DNA from: Candidatus Omnitrophota bacterium
Lineage (GTDB): Bacteria > Omnitrophota > Gorgyraeia > Zapsychrales > Zapsychraceae
DNA: 64,000 nt
Reading direction: 5' to 3'
NCBI GenBank assembly: GCA_020632515.1
Contig: JACKFK010000004.1
Location: 68 to 64,067, forward strand
Shown here: positions 9,592 through 20,298 of the stretch, in pieces
Numbering within the stretch: position 1 is the first letter of the stretch
Layout: each line of letters opens with the position of its first letter
The notes under the pieces: generated by a model
Seen by the model: only the letters and a program-made list of their open reading frames with translations
Database searches by the model: none
Told to the model about the DNA's origin: nothing
Translations under genes and position numbers: made by a program

Positions 9592-9611
9592 GAATTATTC
9601 TTAGAAAGGAG

Positions 9612-10355
9612 ATGTTTGTGAAAGCGTTAATTTTAGCGGCCGGATATGGAACGCGATTATATTCCATTGTTAAAGATAAGCCAAAGGCTTTATTGGATAT
9701 TAATGGACGTTCATTAATTAATCATATTTTAGAGAAAATAATTGAATTAAATGGATTAAATGAAATTATTGTGGTTACGAATGATAAATTTTATGGGCAC
9801 TTTCAAGATTGGGCTAAGGAACAAGTAAATATTTCGCATAAAATTACCATTGTCAATGATGGAACCAAAACCCCAGAAGATCGTTTAGGATCGATTGGAG
9901 ATATTGAATTCGCGATCAACGATCAAAAGATTGATGATGATCTTTTAGTTGTTGGAGGAGATAATTTATTTGATTATAATGTCGATGATTATATTGCTTT
10001 TGCCCAAAGTAAACCAGAAGCAATTACTATGGGGTTGTATGATCTTGGTAATTTGGAAGAAGCTAAACTTTTTGGTGTGGCAGCCGTTGATGCGAATAAG
10101 AAAATCACATCATTTGAAGAAAAGCCAGCTCAACCAAAATCTTCTCTTGTAGCAATGTGTTTTTATTATTTACCACGGCAAACATTAGGGCTTGTGTCTC
10201 AATATTTAAAAGAAACAGCTGTTTCCGATACGGCCGGGGATTATATCCGTTGGCTGTACCAAAAGCATGATGTCTATGGCTTTACTTTCACAGGCAAATG
10301 GTATGATATCGGTAGTGTTGAAGCTTACAATGAAGCAAAGGAAAAATTTAAATAA
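9612..10355 (+). CDS. sugar-phosphate nucleotidyltransferase (NTP-transferase family)
   Basis: 247 aa. N-terminal LILAAGYGTRL motif, then GGDNLFD and FEEKP. GTG 9618 is better spaced from the AAGGAG Shine-Dalgarno (9606-9611) than ATG 9612. The sugar substrate is not determinable by eye. Confidence 0.8.
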   Translation: MFVKALILAAGYGTRLYSIVKDKPKALLDINGRSLINHILEKIIELNGLNEIIVVTNDKFYGHFQDWAKEQVNISHKITIVNDGTKTPEDRLGSIGDIEFAINDQKIDDDLLVVGGDNLFDYNVDDYIAFAQSKPEAITMGLYDLGNLEEAKLFGVAAVDANKKITSFEEKPAQPKSSLVAMCFYYLPRQTLGLVSQYLKETAVSDTAGDYIRWLYQKHDVYGFTFTGKWYDIGSVEAYNEAKEKFK

Positions 10356-10521
10356 ACTGCGCATAATTCTCATTAAAAATAGAATGAATCAAGAGTTTGC
10401 AATAATTTTAAAATCGTTTAAAATGAATCACATAATATAATAACTATTTAGTATTTTTAAAGGTAAATTTAATTAGGTATTTGACTCGTAACGGCATTAA
10501 CTTTAAAGAAAGGATTTAAAA

Positions 10522-11697
10522 GTGAGCTCAAAATATTTTATTACTTCTGAATCGGTGGGCAATGGGCATCCTGACAAAGTTTGTGATCAAATTTCTGACG
10601 CGATTTTAGACGCAGTTCTTAAAGATGATCCTCAAAGTCGGGTGGCATGTGAAACATTTATCACTATGGGGCTTGTGATTGTTGGTGGAGAAATTACCAC
10701 AAAGACCTATGTGGATGTCCATAAACTGGTTCGTAAGGTTTTAGCGGATATCGGCTACACCAGTCCGATTTATGGATTTGACGGAAGTACATGCTCAATT
10801 TTAAATGCGATTAATAGTCAGTCTCCAGACATTGCTCAAGGCGTTGACACTGGCGGTGCTGGTGATCAGGGAATTATGTATGGTTACGCAACTGATGAAA
10901 CATCGGAATATATGCCATTGCCGATTACGTTGGCGCATAAATTAGTCAAGAGGGTGGAAGATGTTCGTAAATCCAAAGAGCTTGATTATTTAGGCCCGGA
11001 TTGTAAGAGTCAGGTCACCATTGAATATCAAGATGGCCAACCAAAAAGAATTGATGCTGTGGTTTTAGCCTGTCAACACACCGAAGCGATTGTTGATAAA
11101 TCTGGAAAGAAAATTACTTCCAACGCCCGGCAGGAAATTATAGACATTATTGCCAAGCCGATTGTTGGAAAATTGATTGATGATAAAACGAAGTTTTATG
11201 TGAATGAAACAGGAAAATTTGTAGTCGGTGGACCGCAGTCAGATACGGGATTGACAGGACGGAAAATTATTGTTGATACCTATGGCGGTATTGTTCCTCA
11301 TGGAGGCGGAGCGTTTTCTGGAAAAGATTCTACGAAAGTCGACCGCTCTGCAACTTATATGGCTCGATATATCACGAAAAATATTGTGGCTGCGAAATTA
11401 GCTAATAAATGTTTGGTGCAATTGAGTTATGCTATTGGCTATCCAGAACCTGTCAGTGTGTTTGTTGATACGTATGGAACCGGAAAAGTGTCTGATGAGA
11501 AAATTGTCGAATTAATTCGCAAACATTTCGAATTAACGCCAAAGGGAATTATTAAAACATTGGATTTATTAAGTCCGAATTTTCAAAAGACAGCAGCTTA
11601 TGGTCATTTTGGCCGCGATGGATTCGCTTGGGAAAAAACAGATAAGGCAGAAATTCTTGCCAAAGAAGGTTTAGGGCAAACAGCTGCGGCGAAATAA
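10522..11697 (+). CDS. metK: S-adenosylmethionine synthetase
   Basis: 391 aa, GTG start. Motifs [19 protein letters not shown] and [16 protein letters not shown]. Confidence 0.97.
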   Translation: MSSKYFITSESVGNGHPDKVCDQISDAILDAVLKDDPQSRVACETFITMGLVIVGGEITTKTYVDVHKLVRKVLADIGYTSPIYGFDGSTCSILNAINSQSPDIAQGVDTGGAGDQGIMYGYATDETSEYMPLPITLAHKLVKRVEDVRKSKELDYLGPDCKSQVTIEYQDGQPKRIDAVVLACQHTEAIVDKSGKKITSNARQEIIDIIAKPIVGKLIDDKTKFYVNETGKFVVGGPQSDTGLTGRKIIVDTYGGIVPHGGGAFSGKDSTKVDRSATYMARYITKNIVAAKLANKCLVQLSYAIGYPEPVSVFVDTYGTGKVSDEKIVELIRKHFELTPKGIIKTLDLLSPNFQKTAAYGHFGRDGFAWEKTDKAEILAKEGLGQTAAAK

Positions 11698-11731
11698 TTT
11701 TTAATTATTAATATAAAAACGTGAGGGCATA

Positions 11732-13048
11732 ATGGGAAATACATCATCTTCCACAGAGGATTACAAAGTTAAAGATATCAGTTTAGCCGATTGGGGGCGT
11801 AAAGAAATTGAAATCGCCGAAACGGAAATGACAGGTCTTATGTCGATCCGTGAAGAATTTGGTTCACAAAAACCATTAAAAGGCGCACGGATTACTGGAT
11901 GTATTCATATGACGATCCAGACTGCGGTGCTGATTGAAACTTTAATTGAATTGGGAGCTGATGTCCGTTGGTCTTCTTGTAATATATTTTCCACGCAAGA
12001 TCATGCGGCGGCTGCAATTGCTGCTAAAGGGATTCCTGTGTTTGCTTGGAAAGGCGAAACAGAAAAGGAATATGATTGGTGTTTAGAGCAGACCATTAAA
12101 TGGCCGGATGGAAAAGGCCCGAATGTTCTTTTAGATGACGGAGGAGATTTAACGCTCATGGTTCATCAGAAATATCCGGAACTCTTAAAAGATATTCGTG
12201 GGGTTTCTGAAGAAACCACGACAGGGGTTCATCGTTTAGCTGAAATGGCTAAAAAAGGTACATTGAAAATGCCGGCAATTAATGTTAATGACTCAGTAAC
12301 AAAGTCAAAGTTTGACAATCTTTATGGCTGCAGGGAATCTTTAGTCGACGGAATTAAGCGGGCTACTGATATTATGATTGCTGGAAAAGTATGTATTGTC
12401 GCTGGATATGGGGATGTTGGTAAAGGGTGTACACAGGCATTTAAAGGATTAGGCGGCCGTGTCGTCGTTACCGAAATTGATCCAATCTGTGCGTTACAGG
12501 CCGCGATGGAAGGTTTTGAAGTTATGACCATGGAAGAAGCTGCAAAGATCGGAGATATCTTTGTTACTACCACAGGATGCTGTGATATTATCACAGGCAA
12601 ACATATGGATGTTATGAAAAACGGAGCGATTGTTTGTAATATTGGTCATTTCGATATTGAAATCGACATTGCGTATCTAAATAATCGTAAAGATATTAAA
12701 AAAGTTTCTGTCAAACCCCAAGTGGATGAATACGAATATCCTGACGGAAAAAAGATTATTGTTTTGGCTGAAGGTCGGTTGGTGAATCTTGGTTGCGCTA
12801 CGGGCCATCCGTCTTTTGTTATGAGTAATTCATTCACCAATCAGGTTATGGCGCAAATGGAACTTTATCAGAATTACAAGAATTATGAGAATAAGGTGTA
12901 TGTCCTGCCTAAACATCTTGATGAAAAAGTAGCGCGGCTGCATTTAGAAAAAGTCGGCGCAAAACTGCAAGTGCTTACACAAAAACAGGCGGATTATTTG
13001 AGCATTCAAGTCGAAGGTCCATATAAACCTGACCATTATCGATATTAA
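11732..13048 (+). CDS. ahcY: adenosylhomocysteinase
   Basis: 438 aa. DDGGDLT, NAD site [18 protein letters not shown]-terminal YRY. Confidence 0.97.
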   Translation: MGNTSSSTEDYKVKDISLADWGRKEIEIAETEMTGLMSIREEFGSQKPLKGARITGCIHMTIQTAVLIETLIELGADVRWSSCNIFSTQDHAAAAIAAKGIPVFAWKGETEKEYDWCLEQTIKWPDGKGPNVLLDDGGDLTLMVHQKYPELLKDIRGVSEETTTGVHRLAEMAKKGTLKMPAINVNDSVTKSKFDNLYGCRESLVDGIKRATDIMIAGKVCIVAGYGDVGKGCTQAFKGLGGRVVVTEIDPICALQAAMEGFEVMTMEEAAKIGDIFVTTTGCCDIITGKHMDVMKNGAIVCNIGHFDIEIDIAYLNNRKDIKKVSVKPQVDEYEYPDGKKIIVLAEGRLVNLGCATGHPSFVMSNSFTNQVMAQMELYQNYKNYENKVYVLPKHLDEKVARLHLEKVGAKLQVLTQKQADYLSIQVEGPYKPDHYRY

Positions 13049-13139
13049 GTATTGCAGCAGAAAGTTTTGTGTTAATTCTTAAAGACAAGCTGTTTTTAAC
13101 ACTTAACGTTATTAGATCTTCAAATAAAAGGAATTTATT

Positions 13140-14126
13140 ATGGGGTTATTAAGCGGTATATCAAAAATAAAAAAAATTGGTATTCTAACATCTGGAGGAG
13201 ACGGGCCAGGTATGAATGCTGCTGTTCGTGCTGTTGTGCGGTGCGCTTTTAAGAATGATATGGAAGTGGACGGCATTATGCGCGGTTATGCCGGTTTATT
13301 AAAAGAAGAGATTGTTCCTCTTAATCATCGTTCGGTATCCAATATTATTAATAGAGGGGGAACAATATTAAAGACAGCCCGTTCTAAAGAGTTTTCAACG
13401 GATGAAGGCAAGGCTAAAGCGGTTGAAATTCTTAAGAAACATAAGATTGACGCCCTTATTGTCATTGGAGGGGATGGAACGTATCGCGGCGCGAGCCGTA
13501 TGTATGAATTATTTAATTATCCTGTTGTTGGGGTTCCGGGAACGATTGATAATGATTTAAACGGAACCGACGAAACCATTGGTTGTTATACCGCGGTCAA
13601 TACTGCTTTAGATGCAATTGATAAAATTCGTGATACAGCGCATAGTATGGAACGGATTTTTATTATTGAAGTGATGGGAAATAAATCTGGTTACATCGCG
13701 GTGGAAGTAGCCTTAGGCGCTGGCGCAGAAGATGTGATTGTTCCGGAGCGTCCTTTTGATTATGAAAAAATGTGCCATGATATTAAAGAAGGAAATAAAA
13801 GAGGAAAGATTTCCTGGATGATTGTTGTGGCTGAAGGCGCTGGGAAAGCGCATGAAATCGCAAAAACAATCACTACAATGACAAATTTGGAATCGCGGTT
13901 TGTCGTGCTGGGGCATGTCCAGCGGGGGGGCACGCCTTCCGGACAAGACCGAATTCTCGCTACTCGTTTAGGCGCGGCAGCGGTCCAGCTAATTAAGGAA
14001 AAGAAATTTGGCAAAGCTGTTGGCATTGTTCAAGATGAAATTAATGTCATAGATTTGAAAGACGCAACTTCAAAAGAATTTAAACATCTCGATGAATTTT
14101 ATCGATTAGTAAAAACGTTAACTTAA
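13140..14126 (+). CDS. pfkA: ATP-dependent 6-phosphofructokinase
   Basis: 328 aa. [36 protein letters not shown]. Confidence 0.93.
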   Translation: MGLLSGISKIKKIGILTSGGDGPGMNAAVRAVVRCAFKNDMEVDGIMRGYAGLLKEEIVPLNHRSVSNIINRGGTILKTARSKEFSTDEGKAKAVEILKKHKIDALIVIGGDGTYRGASRMYELFNYPVVGVPGTIDNDLNGTDETIGCYTAVNTALDAIDKIRDTAHSMERIFIIEVMGNKSGYIAVEVALGAGAEDVIVPERPFDYEKMCHDIKEGNKRGKISWMIVVAEGAGKAHEIAKTITTMTNLESRFVVLGHVQRGGTPSGQDRILATRLGAAAVQLIKEKKFGKAVGIVQDEINVIDLKDATSKEFKHLDEFYRLVKTLT

Positions 14127-14182
14127 AATGCAATAATAGGGAAAATTCCTTATTACCAATTGAATTAAGGAAGGATGCAGTA

Positions 14183-15178
14183 ATGGCTAAGATTTATTAT
14201 GATTCAGATGCAGATTTAAATGTGTTAAAAAATAAAACGATCGCGATTGTAGGATACGGTATTCAAGGACGCGGGCAAGCTTTGAATTTGCGGGATAGTG
14301 GACTTAACGTGATCATTGCGCAACGAGAAGGTGGTCCTAATTATGAAATCGCAAAAAAAGATGGATTTAAACCAGTGGATGTGAATACTGCGGCCAAACA
14401 AGCGGATATTATTCAAATCTTAACGCAAGATCATTTACAGTCCGGAATTTATAAGAAATCTATTAAAAGGCATATGAAAAAGGGAAAGTCTCTGGTTTTT
14501 TCTCATGGATTTAATATCCATTTTAATTTTATTAAACCGCCGGCAGAAATTGATGTTTGGATGATCGCACCTAAAGGTCCGGGGGCTTTAGTTCGCCGTC
14601 AATATGAAGAAGGCAAAGGAGTTCCTTGTTTAGTTGCTATTCATCAAGACGCATCAAAGAATGCTTTAAAGGACGCCTTAGCGTATGCTAAAGGTGTTGG
14701 CGGAACGCGTGGTGGAGTTATTCAGACGACATTTAAAGAAGAAACGGAAACTGATCTTTTTGGCGAACAGTCTGTTCTTTGCGGCGGATCCAGTGCGTTA
14801 ATTAAAGCTGGTTTCGAAACATTGGTTGAGGCGGGGTATCAGCCGGAGATTGCTTATTTTGAAGTTCTTCATGAATTAAAGTTAATCGTTGATTTATATT
14901 TCGAAGATGGTATTCAAGGAATGCGTAAACGCGTTTCTGATACCGCAGAATACGGCGATTACACGCGTGGTCCAAGGGTGATTAATGAACGTGTCCGTAA
15001 GGAAATGAAAAAGATTCTGGGAGAAATTCAATCTGGTAAATTTGCTCGAGAATGGATGCGTGAAAATAAGACTGGTCGCGTCAACATCGATAAATTTCGT
15101 AAAGAAGGAGAGAAGCATCCAATTGAGAAAGTCGGTGCTCAACTGCGAAAGATGATGTCGTGGGTGAAGCCTTCATAG
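14183..15178 (+). CDS. ilvC: ketol-acid reductoisomerase (class I)
   Basis: 331 aa. Rossmann motif [18 protein letters not shown] and the conserved [11 protein letters not shown]. Confidence 0.95.
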   Translation: MAKIYYDSDADLNVLKNKTIAIVGYGIQGRGQALNLRDSGLNVIIAQREGGPNYEIAKKDGFKPVDVNTAAKQADIIQILTQDHLQSGIYKKSIKRHMKKGKSLVFSHGFNIHFNFIKPPAEIDVWMIAPKGPGALVRRQYEEGKGVPCLVAIHQDASKNALKDALAYAKGVGGTRGGVIQTTFKEETETDLFGEQSVLCGGSSALIKAGFETLVEAGYQPEIAYFEVLHELKLIVDLYFEDGIQGMRKRVSDTAEYGDYTRGPRVINERVRKEMKKILGEIQSGKFAREWMRENKTGRVNIDKFRKEGEKHPIEKVGAQLRKMMSWVKPS

Positions 15179-15181
15179 GAA

Positions 15182-15823
15182 ATGTCTTCAGTTAAATTAC
15201 ATCTAGGCTGCGGAACAAAAAGGTTAGATGGATGGATTAATATTGATTCAGTTGAAACAGTAGAACCGGATGTTGTTCATGATTTAAGCCAGCCGTTTCC
15301 CTTTCAAGATTTATCCGTAGATGAAGTCTTAGCGGAGGATTTATTAGAGCATTTTGATAAATATCTCCGTTTTGTCGTTTTTTATGAATGGGCTCGTGTC
15401 TTAAAAATTGGCGGCAAGATTACAATTCAGGTGCCGAATTTCAAGAAAATTCTTTTTAAATATTTTAAATTCGGATACGACAATTTTGTGGACTTTATTT
15501 TTGGTGAGAATTTGTGGGAATCTGAGATTTATATCGGGCATTTTGGCAATCATAAATGGGGATACAGCGAAGAAACGTTAAAAGAATTTGTTGAATTATT
15601 TGGTATTGAAACAGACGAGTTAAGCAGAGCAGGGCTTAATCTGCGGTTAGTTGGGGTTAAGAAAACACATAAAACCTGGCAAGATTTAGATGGTATTCAA
15701 ATTCCCTCGCACGCGAATAAATTCGGCAAGGGAGAGGCTGTGGTGAGTTTAGGTCAGGCTAGGTTGAAGATTCTGCAGTTTCAAGAGTCGAATCCCAGCA
15801 TAGTGTATAGCAATAAAATTTGA
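15182..15823 (+). CDS. class I SAM-dependent methyltransferase, unknown substrate
   Basis: 213 aa. Motif I LHLGCGTKRLDGWINID, acidic loop VHDL, post-I EDLLEHF, RVLKIGGKITIQVP. Starts 3 nt after the ilvC stop. Confidence 0.7.
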   Translation: MSSVKLHLGCGTKRLDGWINIDSVETVEPDVVHDLSQPFPFQDLSVDEVLAEDLLEHFDKYLRFVVFYEWARVLKIGGKITIQVPNFKKILFKYFKFGYDNFVDFIFGENLWESEIYIGHFGNHKWGYSEETLKEFVELFGIETDELSRAGLNLRLVGVKKTHKTWQDLDGIQIPSHANKFGKGEAVVSLGQARLKILQFQESNPSIVYSNKI

Positions 15824-15870
15824 AAAATACGTATAAATATGTTATTATTTGTACGTATGGAGGTGTGAAG

Positions 15871-16119
15871 ATGATAACAAAGTTAACCTTAGCCATTGAT
15901 GATATGGTTATTAAAAGGGCTAAAAGATACGCGCAAAAGCGGAATTTAAGCCTATCTAAGATTGTGGAATTTTATTTTGCCTCATTGACTGCGGAAAATA
16001 GAGATGGCGATGCAACGCTTCCCCCAATTACTGCGAAATTATCAGGCATGGTAAAAATCAAAAAGATATTTAAAGAAGATGATGTTTTAGCAGACGCCTT
16101 ACTTGAGAAATATTTATGA
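15871..16119 (+). CDS. putative type II antitoxin (small RHH/DUF6364-like partner of the PIN toxin)
   Basis: 82 aa counted from ATG 15871, behind GGAGGTG. The ORF-track start at 15820 lacks a Shine-Dalgarno. 4-nt ATGA overlap with the downstream PIN gene. The family name is from memory. Confidence 0.6.
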   Translation: MITKLTLAIDDMVIKRAKRYAQKRNLSLSKIVEFYFASLTAENRDGDATLPPITAKLSGMVKIKKIFKEDDVLADALLEKYL

Positions 16120-16532
16120 AAAAGATTTTTATCGATACGGATGTTTTTTTAGATACGATATTAGATCGAAAGCCGTATTCAGATTTTTCAAAGAAGATTG
16201 TTGGTCTATGTGAGCGGAATAACATTGAAGGGTATACTTCAGCTCTTGTTATTGCGAATATTTATTATATTATTAAGCGATTAGCAAATAAGAAAAAAGC
16301 TATGCAAGCAATTGCAAAAATTCGATCACTGATAAAAGTTCTTTCTGTTACGGATAAAGAAATTGGAGAATCAATTAATGCGGAATTTGATGATTTTGAA
16401 GATGGGGTGCAATATTTTGTTGCTATGAACAATAAGTTAAATTGTTTTATTACCCGAAATGTCAAAGATTATGGAAAAGCCAGTATAGGTATATTAACAC
16501 CAGAAGAATATTTACAAACATTAGCGACTTAA
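16116..16532 (+). CDS. vapC: PIN-domain ribonuclease toxin (VapC-like)
   Basis: 138 aa. N-terminal IFIDTDVFLD acidic PIN motif and further acidic residues (DDFEDG, TRNVKD). Translationally coupled to the upstream small ORF. Confidence 0.8.
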   Translation: MKKIFIDTDVFLDTILDRKPYSDFSKKIVGLCERNNIEGYTSALVIANIYYIIKRLANKKKAMQAIAKIRSLIKVLSVTDKEIGESINAEFDDFEDGVQYFVAMNNKLNCFITRNVKDYGKASIGILTPEEYLQTLAT

Positions 16533-16551
16533 AAGGTAAAGTTAGAGAAAG

Positions 16552-18075
16552 ATGAATAATAACAAAGATAAAGTTTTAATTTTTGATACAACGTTACGCG
16601 ATGGCGAACAGGCGCCTGGCGCAAGCATGAATGCCAAAGAGAAATTAGAAATTGCCTTCGCGTTGGAACGTTTGGGTGTGGATATTATTGAGGCTGGTTT
16701 TCCCGTGATTTCACAGGGAGACTTTGATTCCGTTTATACGGTGGCCAAGAATATTAAAAAGTCTGTGGTGTGCGGTTTAGCGCGCTCTATTAAAAAGGAT
16801 ATTGACGCGGCAGCTGACGCGGTTAAACCGGCTAAGAAAAAACGAATACATGTTTTTCTTGCGACTTCTAAAATTCATATGCAGCATAAATTACGCAAGA
16901 GCCAGGATGAAATCTTAAAGATGGCGGTGGATGCGGTGAAATACGCCCGTGGAAAAGTAGATAATATTGAATTCTCGCCGGAAGATGCATCTCGATCTGA
17001 ACGGTCTTTTTTGTTTCGTATTATTGAAGAGGTTATTAAAGCAGGCGCAACAACTGTCAATATTCCGGATACAGTCGGCTACAGCATTCCGCAAGAATAC
17101 AGTCAATTAATTCTTGATATTAAAAATAATGTGCCTAACATCAATAAAGCTATTATTTCGGTTCATTGTCATGATGATTTAGGGTTAGCTGTGGCGAATT
17201 CATTGTCCGCGGTCAAAAATGGCGCCCGTCAGGTGGAGTGCACCATTAACGGTATTGGCGAGAGAGCTGGCAATGCATCGATGGAAGAGATTGTGATGGC
17301 GATTAATACGCGCAGTGATTTTTATAATTGTATGACGACTATAAATACTAAAGAGATCTGCCGTATTTCGCGGTTAGTAAGTAAATATACCGGGTTTGTG
17401 GTGCCGCCGAATAAGGCAATTGTCGGCAGTAACGCGTTTCGTCATGAATCTGGAATTCATCAGGATGGAATTTTGAAAGAACGAACAACCTACGAAATTA
17501 TGAAACCAGAAGACGTTGGTTTTAAGGAAACAGGGTTGGTATTAGGAAAGCATTCCGGCCGGCATGCCTTTAAAGATCGTTTAAAAATTTTAGGAATTGA
17601 ATTAAAGACAGAAGAACTTGATAAAGCGTTTGATCGTTTTAAAGCAGTTGCTGATAAAAAGAAGCATGTATTTGATGAAGACTTAGTCGCAATTGTTGAA
17701 GATGAAGTCAAGGTTTTTAAGAATGTTTGGAGTTTAACGGCTTTACAGTCAAGCAGCGCGACAGGTGAAAAGTCGGAAGTGCATGTTAAATTAAAATCAA
17801 AAAATAAAGGATTTGAAGGCAAAGCCTCCGGCGATGGTCCTGTCGACGCTTGTTATAAAGCCATTGACAGCATTGTAAAGACTAAAGGAGAATTGTTGGA
17901 TTATTCAATTCAATCTGTCACACGGGGCAAAGACGCGTTAGGCGAAGTTTCCGTGAAGGTGGCTTTTAAGGAAAAAACGATCATCGCGCATGGTACTAGT
18001 ACAGATATTCTAGAAGCTTCGGCCAAAGCGTATTTAAATGCTATTAATAAATTAATGGCGCAAGCTGAAAAATAA
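16552..18075 (+). CDS. leuA: 2-isopropylmalate synthase (citramalate synthase not excluded)
   Basis: 507 aa. TTLRDGEQ, HCHDDLGLAVANS, HESGIHQDG, and a C-terminal LeuA-type regulatory domain. Confidence 0.88.
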   Translation: MNNNKDKVLIFDTTLRDGEQAPGASMNAKEKLEIAFALERLGVDIIEAGFPVISQGDFDSVYTVAKNIKKSVVCGLARSIKKDIDAAADAVKPAKKKRIHVFLATSKIHMQHKLRKSQDEILKMAVDAVKYARGKVDNIEFSPEDASRSERSFLFRIIEEVIKAGATTVNIPDTVGYSIPQEYSQLILDIKNNVPNINKAIISVHCHDDLGLAVANSLSAVKNGARQVECTINGIGERAGNASMEEIVMAINTRSDFYNCMTTINTKEICRISRLVSKYTGFVVPPNKAIVGSNAFRHESGIHQDGILKERTTYEIMKPEDVGFKETGLVLGKHSGRHAFKDRLKILGIELKTEELDKAFDRFKAVADKKKHVFDEDLVAIVEDEVKVFKNVWSLTALQSSSATGEKSEVHVKLKSKNKGFEGKASGDGPVDACYKAIDSIVKTKGELLDYSIQSVTRGKDALGEVSVKVAFKEKTIIAHGTSTDILEASAKAYLNAINKLMAQAEK

Positions 18076-18091
18076 TGAGGACGCGCGGAAA

Positions 18092-18532
18092 ATGAAAAAT
18101 AAGAATCAGAAATTCGGGTTTACTTTATTTGAGTTGATTGTGGTTGTTATATTAATCGGGATTATCGCGGCCTTCGCGCTGCCCGCGTATACAAAAGCAA
18201 TTAATAAAGCGAAAGCGAAACAATTATTTCTTGATTCCCAAACCATTATTGGCGCGTTAAAGATTTATGAAGCAAGAACTAATAATGTTTGGCCTCAACA
18301 AACAACTCCTGTTATATCAAATCTTGATCAAATTAATTCAACGTTAAACCTTAATTTGGATAGTTCAAACGGAGAGAAAACATTTAATTTTTGGGGGCAT
18401 GATGATGGTGTTAATTGGCATTCTCGCTTTCAGATTGTTCAAAGCGCTCAAATTGTCCAATTTGATGGTTTAACGGATACTCTTAGTTGTACGGTCAATG
18501 GCCGAACATATGATTGTACAAACGGGTTTTAA
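18092..18532 (+). CDS. type IV pilin / pseudopilin (prepilin N-terminal cleavage-methylation domain)
   Basis: 146 aa. Leader MKNKNQKFG then FTLFELIVVVILIGIIAAFALPAY. C-terminal Cys pair CTVNGRTYDC. Confidence 0.8.
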   Translation: MKNKNQKFGFTLFELIVVVILIGIIAAFALPAYTKAINKAKAKQLFLDSQTIIGALKIYEARTNNVWPQQTTPVISNLDQINSTLNLNLDSSNGEKTFNFWGHDDGVNWHSRFQIVQSAQIVQFDGLTDTLSCTVNGRTYDCTNGF

Positions 18533-18580
18533 ATACATTTTTCTAATATTTAAAATGATATTCTACATCGCTAATTTTTT

Positions 18581-19462
18581 ATGCAAACAGATCAAGCCCT
18601 TTACGGCATTATTGGTAATCCTCTAAAGCATAGTTTATCTCCGGTTATGCATAATGCCGCGTTTAAGGAATTAGGTGTAGACGCGGTGTATCAACTTTTT
18701 CCTCTGCAAGAAAATGAGCTGGAAACTTTTTTCAAAGAGCTGCATCAAGACACTTGCCCGATTTTTGGTTTAAATGTGACTGTGCCTTATAAAGAAAAAG
18801 CTGTGCAGTATTTGGATAATCTGTCTCCGTTGGTTGAAAAACTGGGCGTAACTAATACAATTGTGATTAATAAACAACGCAAACTTATTGGTTATAATAC
18901 CGATGCACCTGGGTTTTTAGCGCACTTAGCAGAACTGGATTTTCAGACTGCGGGTAAGAATATCGTTATTCTCGGAGCTGGCGGCTCCGCACGCGCGATA
19001 CTGATTACTTTATGTTTAATTCCTGAAAGGCCGGCTTCTATTAGAATTTATAATCGCACATCATCCCGCCTCGATACTATGCTTAAGGATATCCAAAACA
19101 GGATTGATATCAGTATTGTCGAACCGGCGATTAGTATTGATGATTTAAATATTGAAGATGCGGATTTGTTAATTAATACAACATCAGTGGGATTAGATGT
19201 GGACGATCCTTGTTTGGTAGATGAATCGTTATTGCATCCGCGTTTGTTGGTGTATGATTTGATTTATAATCCGCGGGAAACGCCGTTATTGACATTAGCG
19301 AAAAAACAGGGCGCGGAGATTGCTAATGGTTTGGGAATGCTTTATTATCAAGGTGTTTTATCATTTCAACATTGGGCTGGTATTGAATTAGATGAGAAAA
19401 CAAAAATGATCATGAAAAATAGTTTGGAAGAAGCCTTAGAAGGAGAATCCAATCATGAGTGA
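18581..19462 (+). CDS. aroE: shikimate dehydrogenase
   Basis: 293 aa. SLSPVMHNAAF, LNVTVPYK, GAGGSARA. Confidence 0.92.
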   Translation: MQTDQALYGIIGNPLKHSLSPVMHNAAFKELGVDAVYQLFPLQENELETFFKELHQDTCPIFGLNVTVPYKEKAVQYLDNLSPLVEKLGVTNTIVINKQRKLIGYNTDAPGFLAHLAELDFQTAGKNIVILGAGGSARAILITLCLIPERPASIRIYNRTSSRLDTMLKDIQNRIDISIVEPAISIDDLNIEDADLLINTTSVGLDVDDPCLVDESLLHPRLLVYDLIYNPRETPLLTLAKKQGAEIANGLGMLYYQGVLSFQHWAGIELDEKTKMIMKNSLEEALEGESNHE

Positions 19463-20279
19463 AGTAACATTTTTCACAATGGCCTTTTTTATCTTTGGGG
19501 CGATTGTCGGCAGTTTTCTAAATGTGTGTATTGTCCGTCTGCCGCATGAGCAATCGGTTGTTAAACCGCGCTCTCATTGCGTGAATTGCAAAAAAACAAT
19601 AGCCTGGTTTGATAACATTCCATTGTTTAGTTTTTTATTATTAAGTGCTAAATGCCGGTTTTGCAAACATAAGATTTCCGTTAGGTATTTTTTTATTGAA
19701 TTGTTAACTGGTTTTACATTTGTCGGCTTTTACCTTTATTATGGGTTATCGATACTCTTGTTGCCGTATCTGTTTATGGTCTGCTGTTTTATTATTGCCA
19801 CGTTTGTTGATTTTGAACATCGGATTATCCCGGACGAAGTCAGTGTCGGCGGGATGTGTGTGGGGTTAGTTTTTAGTTTAGCGATGCCGCAAATACATCA
19901 TGTGCCGGTGAGCGATCCTTGGTTTATGGCGCATTTAAAATCATTTGGACTTTCTTTGTTGGGCGTTTTAATTGGCGGTGGCGCCATTTATGCTATGGGT
20001 TTATTGGGTGATTTTCTTTTCAAGAAAGAATCCATGGGAGGGGGAGATGTAAAGCTCTTGGCTATGATCGGCGCGTTTCTTGGCTGGCAATACGCGATTC
20101 TCACATTTTTTATTGCCCCGTTTTTCGGCGCGGTGATTGGTATAATTGAAAAAATTCGCACAGGACAAACAACCATTGCTTACGGTCCTTACCTAGTGGC
20201 TGGCGCGTTAATTTGTTTGTTCTGGGGAGAACCACTTATTGTCTGGATTATAAGCGGTTACGGTTTATATCCGCGATAA
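19455..20279 (+). CDS. pilD: prepilin peptidase (A24 family)
   Basis: 274 aa. N-terminal CVNC...CRFC zinc motif, polytopic membrane body, Asp motifs incl. GGGDVKLLAMIGAFLG. Confidence 0.9.
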   Translation: MSEVTFFTMAFFIFGAIVGSFLNVCIVRLPHEQSVVKPRSHCVNCKKTIAWFDNIPLFSFLLLSAKCRFCKHKISVRYFFIELLTGFTFVGFYLYYGLSILLLPYLFMVCCFIIATFVDFEHRIIPDEVSVGGMCVGLVFSLAMPQIHHVPVSDPWFMAHLKSFGLSLLGVLIGGGAIYAMGLLGDFLFKKESMGGGDVKLLAMIGAFLGWQYAILTFFIAPFFGAVIGIIEKIRTGQTTIAYGPYLVAGALICLFWGEPLIVWIISGYGLYPR

Positions 20280-20298
20280 TTTCTAGAGAAAGTTTTTT

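Noticed and set aside
10356-10521. Possible SAM riboswitch in the 166-nt gap upstream of metK.
   Set aside because: The gap is almost pure AT, with no GC-supported helices or conserved SAM-I/II/V core sequences that I can see. The best promoter-like match (TTGACT at 10481) would leave no room for a leader. An Infernal scan would settle it.
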